In this document: piece by piece, positions 52,646 through 62,797 of the stretch
Layout of the letters: each line of letters starts with the position of its first letter
Numbering within the stretch: the first letter of the stretch is position 1
NCBI GenBank assembly: GCA_963693095.2
Contig: OY843768.1
Location: 1,696,001-1,760,000, forward strand
Direction of reading: 5' to 3'
Length of the DNA: 64,000 bases
Origin: Cenarchaeum sp.
GTDB taxonomy: Archaea > Thermoproteota > Nitrososphaeria > Nitrososphaerales > Nitrosopumilaceae
Position numbers and translations under genes: made by a program
Notes under the pieces: generated by a model
The model's database searches: none
What the model saw: the letters and a program-made list of their open reading frames with translations, nothing else
Told to the model about the DNA's origin: nothing

Positions 52646-53681
52646 TGATCGAGCGCGTCTCGTCATCCACCTTTAGCGCATCGCGAATCGGAGAGACGAT
52701 CCTGACTATGGCCTCGGCAACGCCGGCCTTTAGGTCAGACGGGTGGAGCGCTCCGGACGCATAGTCGGCCTCGAGCTCGGCATACGTCGCATACGAGACA
52801 TTGCCGCCAAACTTTTCGGCGCGCTCCACCTGCAGGCTCGCGCCGTCGCGAAGCACGATGTGGCGCGCAATGGCCAGCGGCGCGTTGCCCTCAGTCACGC
52901 GCGCCTCGCACCACGCGCGCTTTAGCTTTGAGCGTATCGTCTCATCAGGGTCATGCATAAAGATGCCCGAGTCCGGCGAGGACTTTGACATCTTGGCTGC
53001 GGCCCCGCCGCCGCCAGCCGAGCCGCCCGGACCGCCAAGTCCTGGCAGGAGCGCCTGGTGGACAGAGACGGGAACCTTCCAGCCGAGGCGCGGAAAGGCC
53101 TCGCGCACGAGCATGTGTATCTTGCGCTGGTCCATTCCGGCGTGCGCGATGTCGATGTCAAGGGAGTGGATGTCGACTGCCTGCATGGGGGGATAGAGGA
53201 GCTTTGCGAGGTCGACGCTGTCTGACTCTGCCCTGCCCATTATCGTGAGCGTTCTCATCGCGCGCGGCAGGCTCACGTGCCTTGAGAGGCGCGCGACGTC
53301 ATGCCAATAGCCATCAGTCCTAGAATAGAGCTCGCTCCCCGTGACTATCTCGGCGCGCGGGCAGACCAGCGCAAACGCGTCAGCATAATAGCGAGACACG
53401 CGCGATATCGACTCAATGTCACCTCCGAGCTTGTCATTTAGCAGCGTGTGCCAGTCGGCAAGAAAGACGGTGCAGTGGCATCCGGCCGCCGCAAAGTCGT
53501 TTATCTTGTATCCCGTGCTCAGGAGGCTGCCGAGGTGGAGGAATCCGGAGACCTCGAGGCCGATATAGTGGCGCGGCGAGTCGTTCGTCTCTAGGAGCGC
53601 CTCGAGCTCGGCGCGCGTGACTGTCTCCTCGGTTGGCGCGCGCTCGATGAGCGCGAGCCTCTCCTGCACGTCCATGCGCAA
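52635..53681 (-). CDS. tyrS: tyrosyl-tRNA synthetase
   Basis: YIGLEVSG.LHLG, LYPPMQAVD, GMDQRKIH and KMSKS motifs. Confidence 0.95.
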   Translation of the reverse strand: MRMDVQERLALIERAPTEETVTRAELEALLETNDSPRHYIGLEVSGFLHLGSLLSTGYKINDFAAAGCHCTVFLADWHTLLNDKLGGDIESISRVSRYYADAFALVCPRAEIVTGSELYSRTDGYWHDVARLSRHVSLPRAMRTLTIMGRAESDSVDLAKLLYPPMQAVDIHSLDIDIAHAGMDQRKIHMLVREAFPRLGWKVPVSVHQALLPGLGGPGGSAGGGGAAAKMSKSSPDSGIFMHDPDETIRSKLKRAWCEARVTEGNAPLAIARHIVLRDGASLQVERAEKFGGNVSYATYAELEADYASGALHPSDLKAGVAEAIVRIVSPIRDALKVDDETRSIIMG

Positions 53682-53708
53682 CGCGCACCAGGGCGTGCGC
53701 CTATAAGC

Positions 53709-54296
53709 CTACCCCGTGGCGGGCTTGCGCGGCCGCGTGCTCAGGTACAGCGCATGGGCCGAGACGATAAACGCCGCGAGAAACGACTTTGTCGCAAATA
53801 TCAGGTTCCACGGCCTGCCGGGATCCGGATACGCGACATATAGCGCGTCAATGTCCGGAACCGTGCCGTTGATGACGCCGGCGGCTATCTTTGCGTTGAG
53901 GACCGTGAATGACCAGAGCGTCTCATACAGGCAGATTGCCGCAAAGCCGACTAGCATGAGCTGCAGGAGCGCCATCCTGCGCCCGCCTATCTTGCCGGAC
54001 ACGGTTCGCCTCCACCCAATCCTCGTCACACAGTACCACCCGATAATCGAGGAGAAGAAGAGCCATGTTGAGAGCTTGGCAAAGTTCTCAAAGGGAACCT
54101 CCGTTGAGACGAGGATCTCGCCGAGCACATAGTAGCCGGTTCGCGCCCACTCGTCGTACATTGCGGCCATCCCGTATATGGCGATCGAGCCCATCATGGC
54201 CATGCAGATGTAAAAGATGACAAGGTATACGGCATATCCGGGATCCCCGCGCTCAAGGTGCTCGCCGGCTGACATCGCGCGTTGCGCCGGCGGCAT
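53709..54296 (-). CDS. membrane protein (4 TM)
   Basis: Four hydrophobic segments; operon context. Confidence 0.7.
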   Translation of the reverse strand: MPPAQRAMSAGEHLERGDPGYAVYLVIFYICMAMMGSIAIYGMAAMYDEWARTGYYVLGEILVSTEVPFENFAKLSTWLFFSSIIGWYCVTRIGWRRTVSGKIGGRRMALLQLMLVGFAAICLYETLWSFTVLNAKIAAGVINGTVPDIDALYVAYPDPGRPWNLIFATKSFLAAFIVSAHALYLSTRPRKPATG

Positions 54297-54312
54297 GGGT
54301 ATAAAGCGGCTT

Positions 54313-54669
54313 CTAGTAGCCGTCCTTTTGGCGCCTGACGTTTATGCCGTGCTTTCGCTCATACTCATCGAGGACATCCTGCGGCGTCATGCCGAGCTCG
54401 ATGGCGGCCTGGACCACAAAGTGCCACACGTCTATGAGCTCCTCGCGCGCGGCTGTCTCGTCAAACTCACCGCGGGCCTTCCACCACTTCCAGCTCGTCG
54501 TGCGCTGGAGCTCGACGGCCTCGTGTATCATTGCTATGCAAAGCGCAGATATGCGCTCCTCGCGCCCCTTTGGGTAGCGTGTCGCGTCCATCATGCCGGC
54601 GAGCTCGCGCTGTATGCGAAATATGCGCCCTAGTGAGTCCTCGCGGCTAGAATCCGGTGATTCGCCCAT
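54313..54669 (-). CDS. dimeric (all-alpha) dUTPase
   Basis: EAVEL...WKWWK...EELIDVWHF...NVRRQKDGY. Confidence 0.88.
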   Translation of the reverse strand: MGESPDSSREDSLGRIFRIQRELAGMMDATRYPKGREERISALCIAMIHEAVELQRTTSWKWWKARGEFDETAAREELIDVWHFVVQAAIELGMTPQDVLDEYERKHGINVRRQKDGY

Positions 54670-55540
54670 ACTCCCTCATCCTTGACTCTATCCTGGCCCG
54701 CGTTGTGGCCGAGAGCGCGCGCACGCCATGGGCCTCCACGGTGATCGATCCCACGACGTTGCCGTACGCCACAGCGCGCCTCATCGCCGTTATGCCCGTC
54801 CTCCCGCCGGCCTCGAGATATCCCATGACCGCACCGGCAAACGAGTCGCCAGCACCAGTGGGATCCACAAGCTTGCGCGTGGGGAATGCCGGGTACGGAT
54901 AGACATCACCGCCGTGGTAGAGGAGCGCGCCGTGCTCGTCCTTTTTGATAATGACAAATGTCGCGCCCCACGAGGCGATCTTTTTTGCGCAGCGCACGAG
55001 ATCATGCTCGTGCGTGAGGAGTCGGGCCTCCTCGGCGTTGATGACAGTAGCATCAGTCTCATGGATCATGCGCACGACGGCGCGCTTTTTTGTGCGTATC
55101 CAGAGGTCTATCGTGTCGCACATTGAAAAGCGCGGCCGATCAAAGTCGCCTAGCACGCCGACGTTTTGCACAGGATTGTTGGTCGCAAGGTAGACGTAGC
55201 GGCTGCGCCTGTACGCCTCTGGCACCCTCACGCGCCTGCCGGCGCTCACGCCGAGATCAACCTTTAGCGTCTTGCGCCACTCGAGGTGGCGGCCATACCT
55301 CGCATCAAACCGGAACGTTCTGCCCTCGCGCAGCTCAATGCCGGCGAGGTCAATGCGCCGGCCGAGCTCGCGCGTATAGCGGGCCGGAAAGTCGCTCCCC
55401 GTCGTCCCAACAAGGCCCGTCTTGGCAAAGTGGCTTGCCGCAAGTGCGGCATATGCGGCCGAGCCGCCAAGTATGTCGGTGTTCACCCTCCCGTGGGTTC
55501 TTATCGTGTCAAGCGAGACGGATCCAAACACCGCTAGCAT
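54647..55540 (-). CDS. PfkB-family sugar kinase
   Basis: GGSAAY and DPTGAGDSFAG motifs. Confidence 0.92.
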   Translation of the reverse strand: MLAVFGSVSLDTIRTHGRVNTDILGGSAAYAALAASHFAKTGLVGTTGSDFPARYTRELGRRIDLAGIELREGRTFRFDARYGRHLEWRKTLKVDLGVSAGRRVRVPEAYRRSRYVYLATNNPVQNVGVLGDFDRPRFSMCDTIDLWIRTKKRAVVRMIHETDATVINAEEARLLTHEHDLVRCAKKIASWGATFVIIKKDEHGALLYHGGDVYPYPAFPTRKLVDPTGAGDSFAGAVMGYLEAGGRTGITAMRRAVAYGNVVGSITVEAHGVRALSATTRARIESRMREYGRITGF

Positions 55541-55554
55541 GGTAGGCCGACGCG

Positions 55555-56001
55555 CTATGCCCCGTGTATAAACCCGCCCACAGTGTCATACTCGAAGGGT
55601 ATCGATATGGACGCAAAGAGCACGTCATATGCCGTCACGCCCACGATCCTCACGCTAGAGCTCCCCTGCGCGGCGCCTGCCTCGACGAGGTACTCGCCGC
55701 CGACTGTGGCGCTTCCCATGGCCGGCATGACAAAGGGCTCGATCGTGCCGCTTCCGATGTCACGCCCGCCCTCGACTACGACAAAGTCGGTCTTGCCGAC
55801 TGCGATCGGGAGGATTGTGGGGTTCTCGACGGCTACGGTCAGCGCATACGTCGAGCCGGCCTCGCCGCTCTCGATGAGCTCGCTGCCGGCCACGCTCACA
55901 GATATGCCCGTGGCCGCGACGTACTGCCAGCCCCCAAACGCGCCTAGCGTGATTATGGCCATAATGGCCACCCTTCTGCGACTGGGCCGCTCCATGCCCA
56001 A
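55555..56001 (-). CDS. LEA_2-like membrane-anchored protein
   Basis: N-terminal TM, VENP motif, beta-rich. Confidence 0.65.
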   Translation of the reverse strand: MGMERPSRRRVAIMAIITLGAFGGWQYVAATGISVSVAGSELIESGEAGSTYALTVAVENPTILPIAVGKTDFVVVEGGRDIGSGTIEPFVMPAMGSATVGGEYLVEAGAAQGSSSVRIVGVTAYDVLFASISIPFEYDTVGGFIHGA

Positions 56002-56107
56002 TGGTTCCTTTTTGCCTTTTTAACTGCGGTGTGCATAAAATTTGATCTCAACTCGGATCTCATTAGAGCCGCCGCCCTTAAATCAACTCGGGGATGGTGC
56101 GTGGGGC

Positions 56108-56569
56108 ATGGCAAAGCTAAAGGTCAGGGCCGGCGAGTCTGAAGTCGAGATAGACTCGCGCGACTTTTACGTTGACAATGACACGGTGGCCGAGGTCATC
56201 GACCTCGTCAGGACGCACCTGCCCGAGGCCGACCGCGGCGAGGGCGCCGCCACTGACGCGCTTGACTCCCTCGAGGAGGCCGAGGTCTCCGAGCCCGAGC
56301 TGCCCGATGGTGAGCCGGCCACTGCCACCGAGCCTGTCGCCCTTGCGCGCCGTGAGGACATTCGGAGAAACATCTCGGCACTCCAGGAGACAGAGTTCTT
56401 TGAGGAGCCGCGCACGGCATCAGAGACCGTCGAGCGCCTTCGCGAGCGCGGGTGGGGCGCAAGCCTCCTTGACGTCTCAAAAGAGCTCGCAAGAATGTCT
56501 GCTGAGCGACTAATCCGCGTCAACTCGCGCGACAGGCGCAACTATTACTCTGTCGCCCTGGCGCGCTAG
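56108..56569 (+). CDS. hypothetical protein with C-terminal wHTH-like domain
   Basis: FFEEPRTASE...V.KEL..M...L.R...YY. Confidence 0.65.
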   Translation: MAKLKVRAGESEVEIDSRDFYVDNDTVAEVIDLVRTHLPEADRGEGAATDALDSLEEAEVSEPELPDGEPATATEPVALARREDIRRNISALQETEFFEEPRTASETVERLRERGWGASLLDVSKELARMSAERLIRVNSRDRRNYYSVALAR

Positions 56570-56751
56570 GCAGAATGCCCGCACGCCTTGCACGACTCAA
56601 ACACGTCACCCTCTAGATGGTCAAAGTGTGTCCCACAGTCTGCGCACGTGTGGTGCATGTCGCGATCGCCGTCCGCATGGACCTCGCCGAGCTCGTGCGC
56701 ATCAAGGCTTGTTGAGCCGCACCTTATGCAGTGGCACCCGCACGAGGCCAC
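56566..56751 (-). CDS. small Cys/His-rich zinc-binding protein
   Basis: Three CxxC pairs. Confidence 0.7.
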   Translation of the reverse strand: MASCGCHCIRCGSTSLDAHELGEVHADGDRDMHHTCADCGTHFDHLEGDVFESCKACGHSA

Positions 56752-57696
56752 CTAGCGCACCCTTTGGCGCCGGCGCGACCAGACTGCGATCGCGATGCCT
56801 AGCCCGGCAGCACCGGCCACAATGGCCGCAATGCCGACCGTAATGTCAGGCGCCGCGTCTGCGCCCATGTCGCCACCTGCCGCATCGCCACCAAATATGT
56901 TGAGCGTTCCGGACGACGCGCCGCGAATCTGCAGCCACGAGTGCGTCATGTTCTCGATTCCGACACTTGCCACAAGCCTGCGCTCGTTCCCATACGCCTC
57001 ATAGGGGCCGTCCATGAGCGACTTTGGGATCGCAACGTCGACATAGACCCCGTCATCAGCATCAAGCTCCATGCTTATCGCGTTGGCATTGGCGTCAAAG
57101 CCGGCATCGGTGATTCCTGCAACTGTCCGGACCTCGATGCGCTCGCCGTCATCGTCGTCTGGCGGCGTGTACGAGTAGATGCGCTCGTCTCCGCCATACT
57201 CTATATCCGCATAGCACCCGTGGCACAGAAACCTCCCGTTATCAAAGTCGACTGCGGCCCCGTTGATGTACGCGCGCGCAACTCCCTGCGGCATCACAAA
57301 GAGCGTCTCGGTCGGATACGAGTACTTCCATGACGTGTACGTCCCGTCCATGGACAGTGCGCCCACAAGGTCATACTCGACTATGGTGTTTGACGCAGGC
57401 TCAAATATCGTCACGCCAAACCCGCCGTCATGCGTCGATATCGCGTGATCGACCTCGTTTTCGGCCCCGTCAGTCATCCGTATGTTCTCATACGTGCCCT
57501 CGACGCTGACTAGGGTCACCGGCCCATCGTTGCGCCTCACCTCGTGGAGGACATGGGCCGAGCCGTCCTCGCCGATCGTCACCTCTAGCCTCTCGTGGAT
57601 CGCATCCTCGCCAACTATAAGCTGCGCTAGTGCGGCAGGCGTAATTGCGCAGAGCGCAACTAGCGCGACGGCGGCGCTAGTCTGCCACGCGCACAC
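56752..57696 (-). CDS. exported protein with C-terminal membrane anchor
   Basis: Signal peptide, CHGC motif, C-terminal TM + RRR. Confidence 0.7.
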   Translation of the reverse strand: MCAWQTSAAVALVALCAITPAALAQLIVGEDAIHERLEVTIGEDGSAHVLHEVRRNDGPVTLVSVEGTYENIRMTDGAENEVDHAISTHDGGFGVTIFEPASNTIVEYDLVGALSMDGTYTSWKYSYPTETLFVMPQGVARAYINGAAVDFDNGRFLCHGCYADIEYGGDERIYSYTPPDDDDGERIEVRTVAGITDAGFDANANAISMELDADDGVYVDVAIPKSLMDGPYEAYGNERRLVASVGIENMTHSWLQIRGASSGTLNIFGGDAAGGDMGADAAPDITVGIAAIVAGAAGLGIAIAVWSRRRQRVR

Positions 57697-58156
57697 TCTC
57701 GATCTTTGCCTCCTCTAGCGGACAGTCGCGCTCGTCGCGCTTTAGGCCCACTATGCGGTCGGCGACCTCGATTCCAGAGGTCACCTCGCCAAAGGCAGTA
57801 TACTGGCCATTGAGGTGCATGCTGTCACTCGTGACTATAAAGAACTGCGAGCCGGCGCTGTCGGGGTCCGAGGAGCGGGCCATCGAGACGACGCCTCGCA
57901 CGTGTGCCTTTGGGTTGAACTCGGCCTTGATCGAGTATCCGGGCCCGCCGGTCCCCCATGTGGACCGGTTGCCCCCCTTTGTGTTGGGGTCGCCGCCCTG
58001 TATCATAAAGCCCGGTATGACCCTGTGGAAGAGCGTTCCATCATAGAACGAGTCGCGCGCAAGCTTTGCAAAGTTCCTCACAGTCTCAGGCGCTATGTCG
58101 GGGAGGAGCCTTATGGTCATCGCGCCTAGATTCGTCGTTATTGTCGCCTCTGCCAA
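57677..58156 (-). CDS. cytoplasmic cyclophilin-type PPIase
   Basis: FHRVIPGFMIQGGDP and SAGSQFFI motifs. Confidence 0.95.
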   Translation of the reverse strand: MAEATITTNLGAMTIRLLPDIAPETVRNFAKLARDSFYDGTLFHRVIPGFMIQGGDPNTKGGNRSTWGTGGPGYSIKAEFNPKAHVRGVVSMARSSDPDSAGSQFFIVTSDSMHLNGQYTAFGEVTSGIEVADRIVGLKRDERDCPLEEAKIESVRVAD

Positions 58157-58365
58157 CGATCCGCCCGCCGCATATGTTGCAATATAGCCTTTTGGGAGGA
58201 TGTGGGCACCATGTGACGTGGCGGCCTGCGTGATCCGCCTCTAGGCGGGAGAATCCTTGCCGGGCCAGAGGTGTCATATTAAACCTGTCGTGCGCATGAT
58301 CAATTTTTGTTAAAGTGCGCAGACTGAAAATAATGTTATATATCCCCAGAGTCCGGCGCGCCGCG

Positions 58366-58593
58366 TTGAATCGCACAAACCAGAATTCTGTCATAAAGGA
58401 AGCGATTAACACATACCTCGAGAACGGCATAAAGGACAAGCAGGACATATACACGCGCGTAGTCGTCGACCTCGGCGTTCCGCGACCCACGGTTCGGCGC
58501 GTCGCACGCGACCTGCGCAACGAGCTCCTTCGCAAGATCGAGACCCTCCAGGACGAGATATCGACTGCCGAGGGCAAAAGCCGCTCCAAATAG
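58366..58593 (+). CDS. small conserved HTH-like protein
   Basis: LGVPRPTVRRVAR; TTATATAT about 25-30 bp upstream of TTG 58366. Confidence 0.7.
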   Translation: MNRTNQNSVIKEAINTYLENGIKDKQDIYTRVVVDLGVPRPTVRRVARDLRNELLRKIETLQDEISTAEGKSRSK

Positions 58594-58734
58594 GCCACTA
58601 GGCCCTTTTTTCATTTTTAGGCGTGAGCCGTGGCGAGGATCCCGCCCTTGGGGCGCATGGGAGCGGGCTCCTGACCCGCCCGTGACGGTCAGGCACGCAA
58701 GCAACCTTTAAAAATGGCATATGGGCACTGATTG

Positions 58735-58878
58735 ATGTTGTCAGAGAAAAGCGAGACCAAAAAGCACGAGATGACGCAGGCCGAAGCAGAGGCAAAGCTC
58801 GACAAACTGGACCTAACCATGCCAATTTACACCAACAGAGAAAAGAGGTATGATCCGTTTGAGGAAGACTCCCAATGA
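58735..58878 (+). CDS. 47-aa peptide, copy 1
   Basis: MLSEKSETKKHEMTQAEAEAKLDKLDLTMPIYTNREKRYDPFEEDSQ; TTTAAAAA 28 bp upstream; synonymous differences versus copy 2. Confidence 0.65.
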   Translation: MLSEKSETKKHEMTQAEAEAKLDKLDLTMPIYTNREKRYDPFEEDSQ

Positions 58879-59470
58879 TCCCTCTGACGCGCAGGACAGT
58901 CTCCAAGACGGTGATCACCGTGCCCATAACTATGAGGAAGTGGCCGACATGCTTCAGGCGGGCACTAGGGAATGCGACGAGTCAATAAATGGCCTTATTG
59001 ACAGGGCAAAATCAACTCTTGGCGTTGGCGCGATAGTTCTAAGCGTGATTATTGCCGGAACTAGGGCGTTTGCAAGTCTGGGAGAAAATGGTCCTGGCGA
59101 CTTCATAACAAAAATGTCAGAAATTGGAGTAACTGTTCCTGTGCCTACATTTTGGATCTTCGGAACCGCACTCATCATCGCATCGATGTGCGTTTCTCTT
59201 GTCGCCTTCAATGTTGTAAAACTAAGAATTCCGTTTGGTTCTCCCCTGCTAATCACAAATAACAAAATTGATCCACAAAAATTTGATGTGTGGAACAAGG
59301 TCTCAAAAGATTACATACACAAGCGTAAATGTGAGTCATACGCAACAACGTTGCAAAACAGAGAAAGAATATTGGCAATTCTGGGAAAACTCACATTTAT
59401 AGCCCAAACAATGCTGATTTTTGGCCTTGTGATATCATCTGTCGTTATATTGATCATACTGGGCATATAG
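58850..59470 (+). CDS. low-GC 3-TM membrane protein (Pycsar TM-effector-like topology)
   Basis: IDRAKSTLGVGAIVL TM1, TM2, YATTLQNRERI...TM3; start uncertain. Confidence 0.6.
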   Translation: MIRLRKTPNDPSDAQDSLQDGDHRAHNYEEVADMLQAGTRECDESINGLIDRAKSTLGVGAIVLSVIIAGTRAFASLGENGPGDFITKMSEIGVTVPVPTFWIFGTALIIASMCVSLVAFNVVKLRIPFGSPLLITNNKIDPQKFDVWNKVSKDYIHKRKCESYATTLQNRERILAILGKLTFIAQTMLIFGLVISSVVILIILGI

Positions 59471-59934
59471 ACGACGCCAAATTCTGCAAAACTCTACTTG
59501 ATAAAGTATGTGAGCAGGTGATGCCATTATCAGCATCACCGCAGCAATTTCAGATACGCAAGCCCGCATGATTTCCATAATGCGATTAACATTCGCACAC
59601 ATGTGGTTGTTGTGGGTCTGTGCGACTAGATCAGCCACTCAAACAGTTTGATCAAGCGGCGATCCGACAAATCGGCTAGGGCGTCCAGGAGCAGAGTGCT
59701 AGAACGTGACACCCTTGACCAACGCCACCTCCCTGTCTGACAGGGACGTGAGGGAGGAGGGCGCAAGGCGAGACTTTGCCCGTCAGAGGCATTTGGGCGC
59801 TCACTCGTAGCCGCACATCGCAGTCGTGGCGCGTGCTCGCCCCGTGGGATTCATGGGTGTGGACTCCTGACCCGCCCGCACGCGACGGTCAGGCACGCAA
59901 CCAACCCTTAAAAATGGCATATGGGCACTGATTG

Positions 59935-60078
59935 ATGTTGTCAGAAAAGAGCGAGACCAAAAAGCACGTGATGACACAGGCCGAAGCAGAGGCAAAGCTC
60001 GACAAACTGACCATAACGGCACCACTATACCCCAGTAAAGAAAAGAGGTACGATCCGTTTGAGGAAGACTCCCAATGA
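59935..60078 (+). CDS. 47-aa peptide, copy 2
   Basis: MLSEKSETKKHVMTQAEAEAKLDKLTITAPLYPSKEKRYDPFEEDSQ. Confidence 0.65.
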   Translation: MLSEKSETKKHVMTQAEAEAKLDKLTITAPLYPSKEKRYDPFEEDSQ

Positions 60079-60151
60079 TCCCCCTGACGCGCAGGACAGC
60101 CTCTAGGGGCAATAATGATTATAAACGGCCACCTGTGGGCGCGTGACGCAC

Positions 60152-60391
60152 ATGGGGTACCTGTACAACCACCTCGCGACAGTCGTGTGCGGCGTGTTCG
60201 CCGGCGTGCTTAGCCTGCTCTGGGCATTGCTCGTCCCGCCGTATCCCGCCCTTCACTTTATCTTTCTCATGGCCGTGCCGATAATGTGGTTTCTCGTCCT
60301 GACGTGCTGGCTCGCCCAAAAGAGCACTGACTATATGCACGCCACGCATGAGTCACCCGAGCAGCAGCGCTATACGAGCGCGGCGATCTAG
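60152..60391 (+). CDS. small 2-TM membrane protein
   Basis: Two hydrophobic helices; TTATAAA upstream. Confidence 0.7.
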   Translation: MGYLYNHLATVVCGVFAGVLSLLWALLVPPYPALHFIFLMAVPIMWFLVLTCWLAQKSTDYMHATHESPEQQRYTSAAI

Positions 60392-60494
60392 TGCGAGCAT
60401 CCGCAGCCGCACGACTCACCGTGGGCAGTCTTGCATGACGGGCAGCTCTGCGCTCCGCCAAGGTGACACTTGCACGCGCACTCGTCCATGGGCC

Positions 60495-61013
60495 TCACCG
60501 CGTCTTGGAGGCCAGCGCAATCGTCTCGTCGACCATCTCGGTCACGCGCGCCGTCGTCTCGGCGTCCGGGCCCGAGTCACTGATCTTGTCGGCGGTGACA
60601 TAGACGGCCTTTGGGTTTGCTATAACGCGAAAGTACGAGAGGAGCTGCGTGAGGAGTGTCTGCACGTCAGTAAAGCCGATCTCGCCAGAGGCAACGATGG
60701 CCATGCCGGCAACCTTGCCGGGGGTCTTTTTGTAGTCGATGTACTCAAAGAGGTTCTTTAGCGCCGAGCTAAAGAACGAGTTGTATATCGGCGTGCCAAT
60801 TATCCAGACGTCAGCCTCCGTTATTGCCGCCGCCGCGCGCATGGTCGCCTCGCCGTACGCCTCGCCGGGCCCGCGATAGCAGTCTATCGAGCCGTCTGCC
60901 ATGTTGATGAATGTCGTGTCTGCTGACTTTGAGGCATGCTCGTGGGCGATGCGCATGACGTGCTGCGTCCTTGCGCCCTTTCGTGGACTAGCCGATATGA
61001 CTACGACCTTCAT
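60495..61013 (-). CDS. NADPH-dependent FMN reductase
   Basis: SASPRK, TPIYNSFFSSALKN and GKVAG motifs. Confidence 0.9.
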   Translation of the reverse strand: MKVVVISASPRKGARTQHVMRIAHEHASKSADTTFINMADGSIDCYRGPGEAYGEATMRAAAAITEADVWIIGTPIYNSFFSSALKNLFEYIDYKKTPGKVAGMAIVASGEIGFTDVQTLLTQLLSYFRVIANPKAVYVTADKISDSGPDAETTARVTEMVDETIALASKTR

Positions 61014-61197
61014 GCGTCGCGCCTCCCCACGCGGCATATTTAATGTTCTGTGCGGTTCGCAACATGATGCCTTGTACGAAAAGTGGTGGACTGGGCAGGA
61101 ACGCCTGCCCGGCGTCGATCCGGACGCCTCCATACACCTAGAATGGCACCGTGGAGCGCGTTCAAGCTTTAAATCAACCCCTGCGCGCGGTTCTGCG

Positions 61198-62721
61198 TTG
61201 AGCCGGACTCGCCTGACATCAGCACTCGCCGCAGTGCTCCTAGTCGCGATAGTTCCGGCCGCGCATGCCGAGCTTGACTGGCCAGAAAAGGTAGAGCTCG
61301 GTGCTGCCCTCTATGAGATTCGCGGTCACCTCGATGCCGTTGAGACCAACCTGGGCGGCTCATTTGGCTCGTTTGCCTCCGAGTCGTTCATGGCCGAGGC
61401 GCAGCACGCCGTAGCGCACGCGGGGCATCCGATCGCCGAGGTCTACCCCGCGATATCGCCAACTGTTCGCGAGATCGACTCGGTAGTTGATGACACGCTC
61501 AGGGACGCACTAGAGAAGCTCAACGCGCGCGTCGGGCAGGGCGTTACATCATACTCTGAGATCGCCGATGAGCTCTCGACGGCAAGGTGGGCAGTCGACA
61601 TGGTTCAGACCGCTACGCTAGGCGTCGACTCGCCTAATGACCCCGCACTCAACGCCGCCATCGCCGCACAGCTCATCGAGCTCTCGACTGACGAGTATGA
61701 CGAGGCCATACTCGACTCGCGCGTAGAGTATGTAGTCGAGCTGCAAGACGCGTACGCGTTTCTTGACGTGGCCCACATGGATATCCTCCGAGGCGCCACG
61801 TTCATGGACTATTCGGCGACGCAGCAGATCGAGTACGATGACGCATTTCTCGCGTTCTATGAGGTATATGACAACCGCGCCGACCCCGCGCGCTCAGCAG
61901 AGATGGCATCTGTGCTATCTGCCAAGCTTGTCTCAACGTTTGCAGAGTCAGACGGCATGATGGGCATGACAGACATGACCGATATGGCCGACAAGGACTC
62001 AATGATGCCAATGCAGGCAGATTATGCCGAGTCAGTGGCGAGAATTCCAGTGATAAGGGATCTGCTCGATAAGGCAAAATACGAGTACAATGCGGGCAAC
62101 ACCGATATGGCCGCCGACCTTGTAAAGCAGGCGTACATTGACGAGTTCGAGTACGTCGAGTCTGATCTTGATGCCGTAGGCCAGCCGGAACTCCGCGAAA
62201 AGATAGAGACGATGCTTCGTGACACGATCCTGTCGTCAATTCGCGCCGGTGGTGATGATGCCCCGCCAATGATAGACACAGTCGTCGGGGATCTCGAGGT
62301 GGCTCGCGTCGCGCTGAGCGGAGAGGGCGAGCCCATGATGACATCAGAGTCAGAGGGCGGTGGATGCCTCATTGCGACTGCCGCATACGGCACGGAGATG
62401 GCCCACGAGGTTCAGGCCCTGCGCGAGACGCGTGACTCTGTCCTCGGCACCGCCACAGGCTCGGCGTTCATGTCGGCCTTTAACGGCGTATACTATGCGT
62501 TCTCGCCGACAGTGGCTGACTGGGAGCGCGAGAGCCCCGAGTTTCGCGCCCTCGTGAGGGCACTCATCACGCCGATGGTCGCCTCGCTGTCGATAATGTC
62601 AGTCGCCGGCGATGATGCATCGGACATCGGCGTCGCCTCGCTAGGCGCCCTCGTCATCGCGCTCAACGTCGGCATGTACGTGGCCGCACCGGCGGCCATC
62701 GCCTGGCGCCTCAGACGCTAG
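61198..62721 (+). CDS. exported helical (putative iron-binding) protein with CFI-box-CTERM tail
   Basis: Signal peptide, HAGHP, AYIDEFEYVE, GGGCLIATAAYG tail; upstream of the FTR1-like gene. Confidence 0.75.
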   Translation: MSRTRLTSALAAVLLVAIVPAAHAELDWPEKVELGAALYEIRGHLDAVETNLGGSFGSFASESFMAEAQHAVAHAGHPIAEVYPAISPTVREIDSVVDDTLRDALEKLNARVGQGVTSYSEIADELSTARWAVDMVQTATLGVDSPNDPALNAAIAAQLIELSTDEYDEAILDSRVEYVVELQDAYAFLDVAHMDILRGATFMDYSATQQIEYDDAFLAFYEVYDNRADPARSAEMASVLSAKLVSTFAESDGMMGMTDMTDMADKDSMMPMQADYAESVARIPVIRDLLDKAKYEYNAGNTDMAADLVKQAYIDEFEYVESDLDAVGQPELREKIETMLRDTILSSIRAGGDDAPPMIDTVVGDLEVARVALSGEGEPMMTSESEGGGCLIATAAYGTEMAHEVQALRETRDSVLGTATGSAFMSAFNGVYYAFSPTVADWERESPEFRALVRALITPMVASLSIMSVAGDDASDIGVASLGALVIALNVGMYVAAPAAIAWRLRR

Positions 62722-62771
62722 GGCAAGGGCGCATTACAGATGCCTGGAATCAGTTAGTGCTTTAAATATAA

Positions 62772-62785
62772 TTAGCTAACCCTAA
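62772..62785. promoter_or_regulatory. DtxR/MntR-like operator TTAG-N6-CTAA
   Basis: TTAGCTAACCCTAA lies between TTTAAATA (62761) and ATG 62798. Confidence 0.65.
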
Positions 62786-62797
62786 AGTATCCTGCCC

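Larger units (their letters stand above)
58668..60103 (+). repeat. about 235-bp direct repeat pair (58668-58903 and 59864-60103)
   Basis: Near-identical blocks 1200 bp apart, each with a hairpin, TATA box and peptide ORF. Confidence 0.9.

Noticed and set aside
58668-60103. Direct repeats as IS ends or a DGR template/variable pair
   Set aside because: No transposase or reverse transcriptase nearby, and the differences are not restricted to adenines.
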